64,000 bases of DNA from Cocleimonas sp. (lineage in GTDB: Bacteria; Pseudomonadota; Gammaproteobacteria; Thiotrichales; Thiotrichaceae), in NCBI GenBank assembly GCA_021647365.1, contig JAKIUW010000008.1, positions 19,070 through 83,069 of the forward strand. The letters run 5' to 3'. The number at the start of each line of letters is the position of its first letter. Position 1 is the stretch's first letter. The notes under the pieces are model-generated. The model did no database searches. It saw only the letters and a program-made list of their open reading frames with translations, and was not told the origin of the DNA. Of this stretch, positions 51,151 to 60,982 are shown in pieces. The translations under genes and the position numbers were made by a program.

Positions 51151-51224
51151 TGGAGGCTGAGCCCGGAATCGAACCGGGCTAGGCGGTTTTGCAAACCGCT
51201 GCATAACCTCTTTGCTACTCAGCC
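51151..51224 (-). tRNA. tRNA-Cys (GCA), canonical
   Basis: 74 nt. Acceptor ggctgag/ctcagcc, D-loop with GG, anticodon loop ttGCAaa, discriminator T + CCA. Closely resembles E. coli tRNA-Cys as I remember it. Confidence 0.88.
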
Positions 51225-51311
51225 CCACAAGGCGCGGAATAATAGCATCAAAGTTAAATATTAGGAAAGGATTTTACACGATTTATTTTGTACTAATAAA
51301 AAGCCCCTTCA

Positions 51312-51891
51312 AAGCATCTGTTTCGCTTTAAGAATCCTTTGTATTCTTTAGATGCCAGTGCTATTAATTTATCAATAAAGCTCTTTCCTTGGGCTTTACA
51401 CCAACCCTCTGCCGCGAATGTAAAGTTAAGTGTTGGTCTCAATCATGGCAACATGCTTCCTGAGTTTGTAGCGTTAAGTGATGGCAATGAAAACGATAGA
51501 ATCCAAGGACGGAAGTTTGATTTTCCCGCTGGTAGCATTGCAGCTTTTGATAAAACCTATCAGTTTTTAACTGAACAATTTTAAACTCTGTGCAGCTACA
51601 ATAACCTCGATCTATAAAGATCGTTGGCAAGTAGAATTGTTCTTTAAAGCGATCAAACAAAACCTCAAGATTCACGCCTTTGTGGGTGTTTCTCGCAATG
51701 CTGTTATGACACAGATATGGATTGCCATGATCACCTGTTTGTTATTAGCCTATGCTCGTCATAGTGCTCAAACAGGCTGGACTGTACAAAGGATATTAAG
51801 GGTAATTCAGCTCAATTTATTTGAGAGAAAGAGCCTGCGAGAAATTTTAATTCCTGATCCTCCTAGGCATAAAAAGGAGGTGCCTAGATGA
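51312..51891 (+). pseudogene. IS4-family DDE transposase remnant (N-terminally truncated, internal deletion)
   Basis: YSLDASAINLSIKLFPWA...VKLSVGLNH..LPEFVALSDG..FDK, then a break, then TSIYKDRWQVELFFKAIKQNLKI (the Y-2-R-3-E-6-K region). Confidence 0.75.
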
Positions 51892-51985
51892 GGTTTTCCT
51901 TTTGATGGGAAACTGTGGGACAGCAGTGGGGGGCTTTATATTATTCTTTTTTTCGTGTCTTTCAGTGTCTTACATGGCAAAATAA

Positions 51986-53017
<1,032 letters not shown>

Positions 53018-53029
53018 TAGGACAAAAGT

Positions 53030-54730
53030 ATGACAATACTTGGAATTGATTTAGGAACAACCAATAGCGCGTGTGCGATTTGGCGTGACGGCAAGGCGGA
53101 GCTTATTCCTAATCGCTTAGGCGAGTGGCTAACCCCTTCGGCGGTGTTTTTGGATGCAGACGATAAGCTTATCGTCGGGCAAACAGCGCGTGAGCGATCG
53201 GTGACTGATCCCACTCATACGACTTCTGTTTTTAAACGCTATATGGGAACAGACCGTAAAATTAAACTGGGTAAGAAAACCTTTACGGCTACAGAACTTT
53301 CGGCGATGGTATTAAAAAGTTTAAAGGATGATGCAGAGCAATACCTTGGCGAAACAATAACCCAAGCGGTGATTAGTGTTCCTGCTTATTTTAATGACAC
53401 ACAACGAAAAGCCACCGTGCTGGCCGGCGAACTAGCAGATTTAAAAGTAGAGCGCCTAATCAACGAGCCAACGGCTGCAGCCATGACTTATGGTTTGCAC
53501 GAGAAGCCAGAACACACTCAGTTTATGGTGATTGATTTGGGTGGTGGCACGTTTGATGTTTCGATAATGGAATATTTTGATGGCGTTTTAGAAGTACATG
53601 CCTCATCTGGTGATAACTTTTTAGGTGGGGAAGATTTTTTAGAAATTATCGTAAATAAGTATCTCGCAACTTTTAATCTAACTAAGTCACATTTGGATGG
53701 CAAGGACTTACAAAAAGTCTACTCCAAACTGGAGCAGTTAAAGCGCTTATTAAATACACAAGAAACGGTCAACTTAGAACCTTTTATTGAGCAACAAAAA
53801 GAAAACTTTAGCCTAACGCGTAATGAGTTTGAGGCACTGGCAAAGCCTTTATTAACCCGTATTCAAAGCCCGATTGAAACCACGTTACGAGATGCCGAAA
53901 TCAAGCCGTGGGATTTGGATGAAGTGGTGCTGGTAGGCGGTGCAACGCGTATGCGCTTTTTTCGCGGAATGATTGCGAAAATGTTTCGTCGTATGCCTTC
54001 TGCAAACCTTGACCCTGATCTCGTTATCACTATGGGCGCGGCGATTCAGGCAGGTTTAAAAGCCAAAGATAAAATGCTGGATGATGTTGTACTTACTGAT
54101 GTTTGCCCTTACTCACTAGGAACCTCAACGGTAAACGAAAGTGATGCGACGGGTGATCAAGGTGGTCTATTTAGCGCCATCATTGAGCGAAATACGATTA
54201 TCCCAGCCAGTCGTACCGAGCGTTATTTTACCGTCAGTGATAATCAAAAACAGCTTCAGATTGATATTTACCAAGGTGAGAGTCGCCTTGTCAGTAATAA
54301 TATAAAATTAGGTGAAATCACGGTTAAAATTCCTAAAAATAAAAAGTACGAAGAGAGTGTTGATGTGCGTTTTAGTTATGATATGAACGGACTACTGGAA
54401 GTGGATATTACGGTTGTATCAACAGGTGAGAAGCATTACAAAATGATTGAAAATGCCCCGGGTGAGCTTTCTGAAAAAGACATACAAGCATCTAAAGATA
54501 AATTGGCGAAAATGAAATTCCATCCACGTGAACTTGCGGTAAATCAAAACCTAGTATCACGTGCAGATCGCATTTTTGAAAGTAGGCTTTCTGATGAGCG
54601 TGAGGCGATAAAAGATAGCCTTCGCTGGTTTGAAGGGGTGCTTGATTCGCAAGATGATAGGCAGATAAAAGATGCTCAGCAAGAATTTGCAGTGTTTTTA
54701 GATAAATTCGAACAAGACGGTTTTTTCTAG
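53030..54730 (+). CDS. hscC: Hsp70-family chaperone HscC
   Basis: ILGIDLGTTNSA, DLGGGTFDVS, and EVHASSGDNFLGGEDF. 566 aa with a short lid. Collinear with my memory of E. coli HscC. Confidence 0.8.
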   Translation: MTILGIDLGTTNSACAIWRDGKAELIPNRLGEWLTPSAVFLDADDKLIVGQTARERSVTDPTHTTSVFKRYMGTDRKIKLGKKTFTATELSAMVLKSLKDDAEQYLGETITQAVISVPAYFNDTQRKATVLAGELADLKVERLINEPTAAAMTYGLHEKPEHTQFMVIDLGGGTFDVSIMEYFDGVLEVHASSGDNFLGGEDFLEIIVNKYLATFNLTKSHLDGKDLQKVYSKLEQLKRLLNTQETVNLEPFIEQQKENFSLTRNEFEALAKPLLTRIQSPIETTLRDAEIKPWDLDEVVLVGGATRMRFFRGMIAKMFRRMPSANLDPDLVITMGAAIQAGLKAKDKMLDDVVLTDVCPYSLGTSTVNESDATGDQGGLFSAIIERNTIIPASRTERYFTVSDNQKQLQIDIYQGESRLVSNNIKLGEITVKIPKNKKYEESVDVRFSYDMNGLLEVDITVVSTGEKHYKMIENAPGELSEKDIQASKDKLAKMKFHPRELAVNQNLVSRADRIFESRLSDEREAIKDSLRWFEGVLDSQDDRQIKDAQQEFAVFLDKFEQDGFF

Positions 54731-54742
54731 AGGACGCTTTGC

Positions 54743-56053
54743 ATGAATTGTTGGATAACACTCGGCATAGAGGAATATAGTGATAAAAAAGCCATCAAAA
54801 TGGCCTATGCAAAGCTACTCAAAATCACCAAGCCCGATGATGATCCACAGGGTTTTAAAGAGTTGCATGCCGCGTACAAAGAAGCGCTAGAGCTTGTTTC
54901 TGAATATAAAGAAAGCTCAGCACCGCAATGGTTTACACCGTCAGAGAAAAATAAAGAACCGATTAGTTTTGATGACAGCTCTTTTCTAGATGTTGTTTCA
55001 CAAGATGTCGCTTTACAAGATAATCTCTCACAAGATAAAAATCAAGAAGGTGATAGTTTTGGTAACGAAAGTAATGGGGGTAATGAACCTGAACAGCCAT
55101 ATAGCACTCCCTCAAGTGCAGAAACAAATACTGATCAAATAAGTGTTGATTCCAATCAAGTCTTAGAAGAGCTTGAAGCCGTTTATGGCACATCCAAGCC
55201 AGAAAAAATAGATGCTCAATTTGAAAATGAAGACGAACAAGATTACCCAGAAGTAGAACATTTTCACGGTGCAGAAGCGCAAGAAAAGCTTGAAAAAGAT
55301 TGGGAATACCTCGAAGCACAAACCAAGCTTATTATTAATACAAAAGCGACTAAAAGTACTATTAGTGACTGGCAGTTTTTAGAAGAAATTCCATCCATGG
55401 TTGATTTAGAGTTTCGCTCCCAAGCCAGTGATTTAGTGTTTGAAATTGTGAGTGAAATTAATGAAATTTCACTGCAAGAAAAAGTGTTGTTAGTAAAATC
55501 TCCCATTCTCAATTATTTAAACAACTTGTTTCACTGGGAAAGTAAATGGAAGCATTATGAAGAATTGTATGGTGAGCAGGTTGATGCGGTCTTTCCTTAT
55601 CTAACTGAGACTAATCCACAAAATACGGAAGCCAGTAGCCAAAGTAAAGATCTGCATTACTACCGCCGTGGTGCGGCTTATTTGATAGATATGGGGCTGG
55701 TATTCGCCTTTTCTAAGGCATTACACTTTAGCCTTCCTTTTTTACTTGGCAATAACTTCATGGGGGTGTTGTTAACAGTAGCTACTATCTATGGTCTAAT
55801 AATTATCCCATTGTTAGAAGTAGCACCAAATATTCAGGCTTCTATCGGCAAAAATACACTAGGATTAAAAGTTGTCAATGAAGCAGGGTTGCGTATAACA
55901 TGGTATCAGTCATTTTGGCGCGCAATCGCCACGGGATTTTGTGTGGGAGCTTTTAAAATAGTAGTGTGGATAAATTTCTTTTTAATTTATAAAAAAGGCA
56001 TACTTTTGCAAGACCTTATGAGTAAGTCTTATGTTGTGAAGGTTCGTAAGTGA
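54743..56053 (+). CDS. J-like domain protein with acidic linker and C-terminal RDD membrane domain
   Basis: The N-terminal 55 aa fit a J-domain helix pattern (WITLGIEEYSDKKAIKMAYAKLLKITKPDDDPQGFKELHAAYKEAL), but HPD is replaced by KPD. The C-terminus has the RDD pattern (YYRRGAAYLIDMGLVFAF, IGKNTLGLKVV). Confidence 0.7.
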   Translation: MNCWITLGIEEYSDKKAIKMAYAKLLKITKPDDDPQGFKELHAAYKEALELVSEYKESSAPQWFTPSEKNKEPISFDDSSFLDVVSQDVALQDNLSQDKNQEGDSFGNESNGGNEPEQPYSTPSSAETNTDQISVDSNQVLEELEAVYGTSKPEKIDAQFENEDEQDYPEVEHFHGAEAQEKLEKDWEYLEAQTKLIINTKATKSTISDWQFLEEIPSMVDLEFRSQASDLVFEIVSEINEISLQEKVLLVKSPILNYLNNLFHWESKWKHYEELYGEQVDAVFPYLTETNPQNTEASSQSKDLHYYRRGAAYLIDMGLVFAFSKALHFSLPFLLGNNFMGVLLTVATIYGLIIIPLLEVAPNIQASIGKNTLGLKVVNEAGLRITWYQSFWRAIATGFCVGAFKIVVWINFFLIYKKGILLQDLMSKSYVVKVRK

Positions 56054-56112
56054 TTGAGAGGGGTAGATAACTGAGAAGTATAACCAGTTTTTAGTTTCAC
56101 CCTTCACCCCAA

Positions 56113-56135
56113 CCCTCTCCCTGCTAGGGAGAGGG
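56113..56135. repeat. ccctctccc-tgcta-gggagaggg hairpin repeat; likely bidirectional terminator
   Basis: 9-bp GC-rich stem between convergent genes (54743..56053 + and 56151..57278 -). This motif type recurs in many proteobacterial genomes. Confidence 0.55.
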
Positions 56136-56150
56136 TATTACCCCCGCAAA

Positions 56151-57278
56151 CTACTGCATAAACAAAGTCAAAGACAAGGTCATCTTTTTACGGCCTTGTC
56201 TTAATATACTCAGCGTAATGGTGTCATTGAGTTTATGTTTTTCGATGATATTTAAAAAATCATTCATGTTTTCAACTTTTTCTTTATCGATAGCTTGAAT
56301 CACGTCACCAAGAACCAAATCCCCATTGACTAATTTTGATGCGATTAAACCCGCTTTATCGGCGGGGGTGCCAGAGCCGACATGCAAAACTAGCACTCCT
56401 TTTATACCCAACTCTTTGACGATGAGTTTATTGGCAGTGTCATTGGCGTTAATGCCTACGATAGGTTGTTTGAAGTGGCCATTGCTAATGAGATTAGGAA
56501 CAACGCGATTAATATTATTCACAGGTATTGCAAAACCAATGCCAGCGGATGCGCCTGATGGACTATAAATTGCGACGTTCATGCCGATGAGTCTTCCTGC
56601 GCTATCCAGCAATGGGCCGCCTGAATTACCAGGGTTGATTGCCGCATCGGTTTGAATCAGGTCATCCATATCTATATCACTATTGGTAATGGTACGCCCT
56701 AACGCTGAGATAATGCCTGTAGTGAGTGTGTGATCAAGTCCAAAAGGATTTCCAATAGCATAAACGCGTTGTCCAACTTGAAGGTTGTTGCTAGTGCCAG
56801 GTTGAATTGGGTTTGGTAAGTTTTTGACTTTGTCTAGTTTCAGCACTGCAATGTCGTGACGTATACTTTTCCCGATGACTTTGGCAGTGTAAGTTTTTTG
56901 ATTATTAAGACGAACACGCGCGCTCGTATTGTTCTGAATTACATGATAATTGGTGATGATATGTCCCTGTTTATCCCAAATAAAGCCCGTACCTGTACCA
57001 CTAGGAATCTCACGAATATCGCGTGTGTAAGGATTGATGATGCGCTTCACTGTTGAGATGTATACCACGGAAGGATTATTATGCTTGAAGAGAGCAATGG
57101 TGCCTTTTTCTTCGGGAGTTAAACCAGCGCGTAGATTGATATCATCGTTTGCCTTAGCGGCGGCAGTTTGAATAGAGTCTGATAAATGGAAAGGCGTAAA
57201 GATCAACACCATCGTGATGATAAAGAGAATCCCCAAAAAGACTTTGAGTGACTTGTTTGATAAATATTTCTGAGACAT
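56151..57278 (-). CDS. HtrA/DegS-family serine endoprotease (one PDZ domain, N-terminal anchor)
   Basis: Catalytic triad context TNYHVI, DIAVLK, and GNSGGPL. Single C-terminal PDZ and an N-terminal TM helix. Confidence 0.88.
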   Translation of the reverse strand: MSQKYLSNKSLKVFLGILFIITMVLIFTPFHLSDSIQTAAAKANDDINLRAGLTPEEKGTIALFKHNNPSVVYISTVKRIINPYTRDIREIPSGTGTGFIWDKQGHIITNYHVIQNNTSARVRLNNQKTYTAKVIGKSIRHDIAVLKLDKVKNLPNPIQPGTSNNLQVGQRVYAIGNPFGLDHTLTTGIISALGRTITNSDIDMDDLIQTDAAINPGNSGGPLLDSAGRLIGMNVAIYSPSGASAGIGFAIPVNNINRVVPNLISNGHFKQPIVGINANDTANKLIVKELGIKGVLVLHVGSGTPADKAGLIASKLVNGDLVLGDVIQAIDKEKVENMNDFLNIIEKHKLNDTITLSILRQGRKKMTLSLTLFMQ

Positions 57279-57364
57279 ATTTTACCTAATTTGTTTAACT
57301 GAGTTGTGAGAGGCTATCCTTATAAAATAGTTGCAATAAAGTACATTTCAAGTATAAAACCACC

Positions 57365-57913
57365 ATGAAATTTATTCCCAGCAAAATCCCCGACGTTACC
57401 CTCATTGAGCCTGCTGTCTTTGGCGACCATCGTGGTTTTTTTATGGAAACATGGCAGCGCAAAACCTTTGCTGAAAATGGCATTGATTTTGACTTTGTAC
57501 AAGACAATCATAGCAAATCTTCGCACGGTATTTTACGTGGTCTACATTATCAGATTGAGCAAACCCAAGGCAAGCTAGTGCGTGTGGTTGAAGGCGCTGT
57601 GTTTGATGTGGCGGTTGATATGCGCGAAAGCTCGCCAACTTTTGGGCAATGGGTGGGCTATGAGCTATCTGCGGAAAATAAAAACATGTTGTGGGTTCCA
57701 CCAGGCTTTGCTCATGGTTTTTATGTGATGAGTGAGTCGGCTGAGTTTGTTTATAAATGCACCGACTATTACGCACCAGAACATGAACGTAGCGTGGTTT
57801 GGAATGATGCAGATTTAGCCATTGATTGGAATCTGGTTGACGGTAAAGAACCTATCTTGTCAGGCAAAGATGCTGAAGCGCCTAGCTTTGTTGATGCCGA
57901 AAAATTTGCGTGA
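57365..57913 (+). CDS. rfbC: dTDP-4-dehydrorhamnose 3,5-epimerase
   Basis: FGDHRGFF, RGLHYQ, and VPPGFAHGF motifs. Confidence 0.93.
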   Translation: MKFIPSKIPDVTLIEPAVFGDHRGFFMETWQRKTFAENGIDFDFVQDNHSKSSHGILRGLHYQIEQTQGKLVRVVEGAVFDVAVDMRESSPTFGQWVGYELSAENKNMLWVPPGFAHGFYVMSESAEFVYKCTDYYAPEHERSVVWNDADLAIDWNLVDGKEPILSGKDAEAPSFVDAEKFA

Positions 57914-57928
57914 TATCTCAAGGTTAAT

Positions 57929-58801
57929 ATGAAAAAAGTACTTATTACAGGCGCAGACGGACAGCTAGGCTACGAGCTACAACGCACCGTGCTAGCAGGC
58001 TACGAATGTATCGCCACCGATAAAAATGCGTTAGATATTACCAATGCCGATGCGATTACAGCATTTGTCGCGAAAATAAAACCTGATGTCATCATCAACT
58101 CTGCCGCCTATACCGCGGTTGATAAAGCCGAAGAAGAAGTTGAGCTTGCAACTGCAATCAACACCACTGGCGCGGGGAATCTTGCCCAAGTGTGTAAAGA
58201 CAGCGATATACAATTTATGCAGATTTCGACTGATTTTGTGTTTGATGGCAAAGGCCACACGCCATATCCCGTCGATGCACCCGCACAACCTGATGGCATG
58301 TACGGCAAAACCAAGCAAGACGGTGATGATCAGGTTTTAAAAATACTGGGCGATAATGCGTTTATCATTCGTACCTCGTGGCTGTATTCGGCACACGGCA
58401 ATAACTTTGTAAAAACCATGTTACGTTTTATGGCTGAGCGCGAAGAGCTGGGCATCATAGCGGATCAAATCGGCACACCAACATGGGCAAACTCACTCGC
58501 ACAAGCGGTTTGGCAAGCGATTGAAAAGGACATTACAGGTATTCACCATTGGAGTGATGCAGGCGTGGCAAGTTGGTATGACTTTGCATACGCGATTATG
58601 GAAGAGGGCGTAGCGCTTGGACTTTTGGATAAACCCATTACGATCAACGCGATTACCACAGCAGACTACCCAACACCCGCCAGCCGACCTTGTTATAGCG
58701 TGATGGACAAAACGACAACATGGCAAGCGTTGGAAATGAAAAGCGAGCATTGGCGCGTGGCGTTACGACGAATGATGAGAGAACTGAAAGAACAAATGTA
58801 G
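57929..58801 (+). CDS. rfbD: dTDP-4-dehydrorhamnose reductase
   Basis: ITGADGQLG, NSAAYTAVDKAE, and YGKTK motifs. Confidence 0.92.
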   Translation: MKKVLITGADGQLGYELQRTVLAGYECIATDKNALDITNADAITAFVAKIKPDVIINSAAYTAVDKAEEEVELATAINTTGAGNLAQVCKDSDIQFMQISTDFVFDGKGHTPYPVDAPAQPDGMYGKTKQDGDDQVLKILGDNAFIIRTSWLYSAHGNNFVKTMLRFMAEREELGIIADQIGTPTWANSLAQAVWQAIEKDITGIHHWSDAGVASWYDFAYAIMEEGVALGLLDKPITINAITTADYPTPASRPCYSVMDKTTTWQALEMKSEHWRVALRRMMRELKEQM

Positions 58802-58802
58802 A

Positions 58803-58828
58803 CCACACCCCCCCACTTTTACATGATG
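58803..58828 (-). repeat. G-tract repeat copy 24a (GTG, reverse)
   Basis: ccacacccccccacttttacatgatg. Begins 2 nt after the rfbD stop. Confidence 0.88.
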
Positions 58829-58846
58829 TTTACTATAAATAACAAA

Positions 58847-58874
58847 CATCGTGTAAAAGTGGGGGGGTGTGCTT
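58847..58874 (+). repeat. G-tract repeat copy 24b (GTG, forward)
   Basis: catcgtgtaaaagtgggggggtgtgctt. Confidence 0.88.
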
Positions 58875-58899
58875 GTAGAATAATTAAACGAGCATAGAA

Positions 58900-59970
58900 A
58901 TGAAAAGACTATTAGTTACAGGCGGAGCCGGCTTTATAGGTGCAAATTTTGTATATTACTGGATGCGTAACCACCCAGAAGATCACATGGTGGTGCTAGA
59001 CGCGCTCACCTATGCAGGCAACGAGCCAAGCCTAGATGCGCTAAAAGACAAGCCCAACTTCAAATTTGTAGAAGGCAGCATCGCTGACCAAGCATTAGTA
59101 GAAAAGCTACTGGTCGAAGAAGATCTTGATACGATTGTCAACTTCGCGGCTGAAAGCCACGTTGATCGCTCAATATCAGGACCTGATATTTTCTTAGAAA
59201 CCAATATCATCGGCACGCACAATATCCTAAAAGCCGCACGCAATATTTGGATAGAAAATAAAGACACCGCAAAGCCCAATCACCGTTTTCATCATGTCTC
59301 AACCGATGAAGTTTATGGTGAGCTGGATGATGATTCGCCAGGCTTTACCGAAGATCATGTTTACGCGCCAAACTCGCCGTACTCTGCCAGTAAAGCCTCA
59401 TCCGATCATATCGTGCGCGCCTATCATCACACCTTTGGTTTGAATGTAAGCACTACAAACTGTTCAAACAATTACGGACCGTATCAATACCCAGAAAAGC
59501 TGATTCCACTATTTTTAACCAACATCCTACGCAATAAAGCTTTGCCAGTTTACGGCACGGGCAAAAACGTGCGCGATTGGTTGTATGTGGATGATCACGC
59601 CAAAGGCATCGAAATGATTTTAGCCAGCGATAAAGTCGGTGAAATCTTCAATATCGGCGGAAACAACGAGTGGAATAATATGGATATAATCCATCTGCTG
59701 TGTGAATCCATGGATAAACGCTTCGCCGAAAACCCAACTCTAGCCAAACAATACCCAGAAGCCGCACCCGCCAATGGCAAAAAGTCAGCCGACCTGATTA
59801 CGTTTGTAGAAGACAGAGCAGGGCATGACTGGCGCTACGCGATTGATGCCAGCAAGTTTAAAAAAGAGTTAGGCTACGAGCCAGATGAAACCTTTGAAAC
59901 AGGGATTCAAAAGACGATTGATTGGTACTTGGATAATGAAGAATGGTGGCGTCCGCTTTTGATTAGTTAA
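58900..59970 (+). CDS. rfbB: dTDP-glucose 4,6-dehydratase
   Basis: VTGGAGFIGANF, STDEVYG, and YSASKASSDH motifs. Confidence 0.94.
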   Translation: MKRLLVTGGAGFIGANFVYYWMRNHPEDHMVVLDALTYAGNEPSLDALKDKPNFKFVEGSIADQALVEKLLVEEDLDTIVNFAAESHVDRSISGPDIFLETNIIGTHNILKAARNIWIENKDTAKPNHRFHHVSTDEVYGELDDDSPGFTEDHVYAPNSPYSASKASSDHIVRAYHHTFGLNVSTTNCSNNYGPYQYPEKLIPLFLTNILRNKALPVYGTGKNVRDWLYVDDHAKGIEMILASDKVGEIFNIGGNNEWNNMDIIHLLCESMDKRFAENPTLAKQYPEAAPANGKKSADLITFVEDRAGHDWRYAIDASKFKKELGYEPDETFETGIQKTIDWYLDNEEWWRPLLIS

Positions 59971-59974
59971 TAAT

Positions 59975-60913
59975 ATGGGAAAGAAAACAGATATAGTTCC
60001 AAATATCCCATGGATAAAAACGATAGTGGTTGTTGCTGCAATTGTAAGCTTGTCAGCTATTATTTTTTACTGGTATAAGTTTGGATTTGGATTGTGGGAT
60101 ACCCCAGAGAAATGGGGTGCGCTGGGTGATTTCTTTGGTGGAATTCTCAATCCTATTTTGGCATTTTTAAGTCTTATACTTCTGCTTATTACACTTCAAC
60201 AAAATCAAAAAGCTTTATCGCAAAATAAAAAAGCATTAGATCAAAATAAAGATGCTTTACAAATGAATTCTCAAGAGCTAGCACTTACTCGGGAAGAAGT
60301 GGAAGGTTCGAAGAAAGCTTTAGAATTACAAGCTTCTATTTTGCAAAAGCAGAATTTTGAGGGGACATTTTTTCAATTACTTTCTTTGTATAATGAAATT
60401 GTTGATTCAATGGATATAAATGACAAAACAGGTAGAGATTGTTTTGAGCCTTTATACAAAGAACTAAAAGAAATAATGCCAAGTATAGTAACTAACTATC
60501 ATAGTGTCGTCTCGAGGGGGGCTTTGGGAAAATCTATTGATCAAAGGAAATTAAGTATTTTGATAGATGAGCAAAAAATCTCAAATAAAGATCTGAATAC
60601 AATTTATTTAGATTTTTATTCAAAAAAACAGAATGAAATTGGGCATTACTTTAGAGTTCTCTATAATATTATGAAATTTATAGAGAATAATGCTCCCAAA
60701 GAAGAAGCTAAAATGTATAGTAATTTGGTTAGAGCACAACTATCCACATACGAACTTCCTCTTGTTTTTTATAACTGTCTAAGTGATGAAGGTGAAAAGT
60801 TTAAGCCCTTGATTGAAAAATATTCTTTATTAAAGTTTTTACCCCAAGATAAAGAGTTCTTAATATTCAGAGGTAAGGAGTTAGAGTTTTATAAATACTC
60901 AGCATATAAATAA
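59975..60913 (+). CDS. Putative abortive-infection protein (putAbiC-like family)
   Basis: Two N-terminal TM helices with GDFFGGILNPILAFLSL, a coiled-coil, FEGTFFQLLSLYNEIV, HYFRVLYNIMKFI, and RAQLSTYELPLVFYNCL. This matches my memory of the putative phage Abi (AbiC-like) family; not verified. Confidence 0.6.
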   Translation: MGKKTDIVPNIPWIKTIVVVAAIVSLSAIIFYWYKFGFGLWDTPEKWGALGDFFGGILNPILAFLSLILLLITLQQNQKALSQNKKALDQNKDALQMNSQELALTREEVEGSKKALELQASILQKQNFEGTFFQLLSLYNEIVDSMDINDKTGRDCFEPLYKELKEIMPSIVTNYHSVVSRGALGKSIDQRKLSILIDEQKISNKDLNTIYLDFYSKKQNEIGHYFRVLYNIMKFIENNAPKEEAKMYSNLVRAQLSTYELPLVFYNCLSDEGEKFKPLIEKYSLLKFLPQDKEFLIFRGKELEFYKYSAYK

Positions 60914-60922
60914 ATAAACAAA

Positions 60923-60951
60923 CATCATGTAAAACTAGGGGGGTGTGCTTT
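60923..60951 (+). repeat. G-tract repeat copy 25 (CTA, forward)
   Basis: catcatgtaaaactaggggggtgtgcttt, 10 nt after the stop of the AbiC-like gene. Confidence 0.9.
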
Positions 60952-60982
60952 ATAATCCCTTGTTTATTCGGATTTTATTCTC

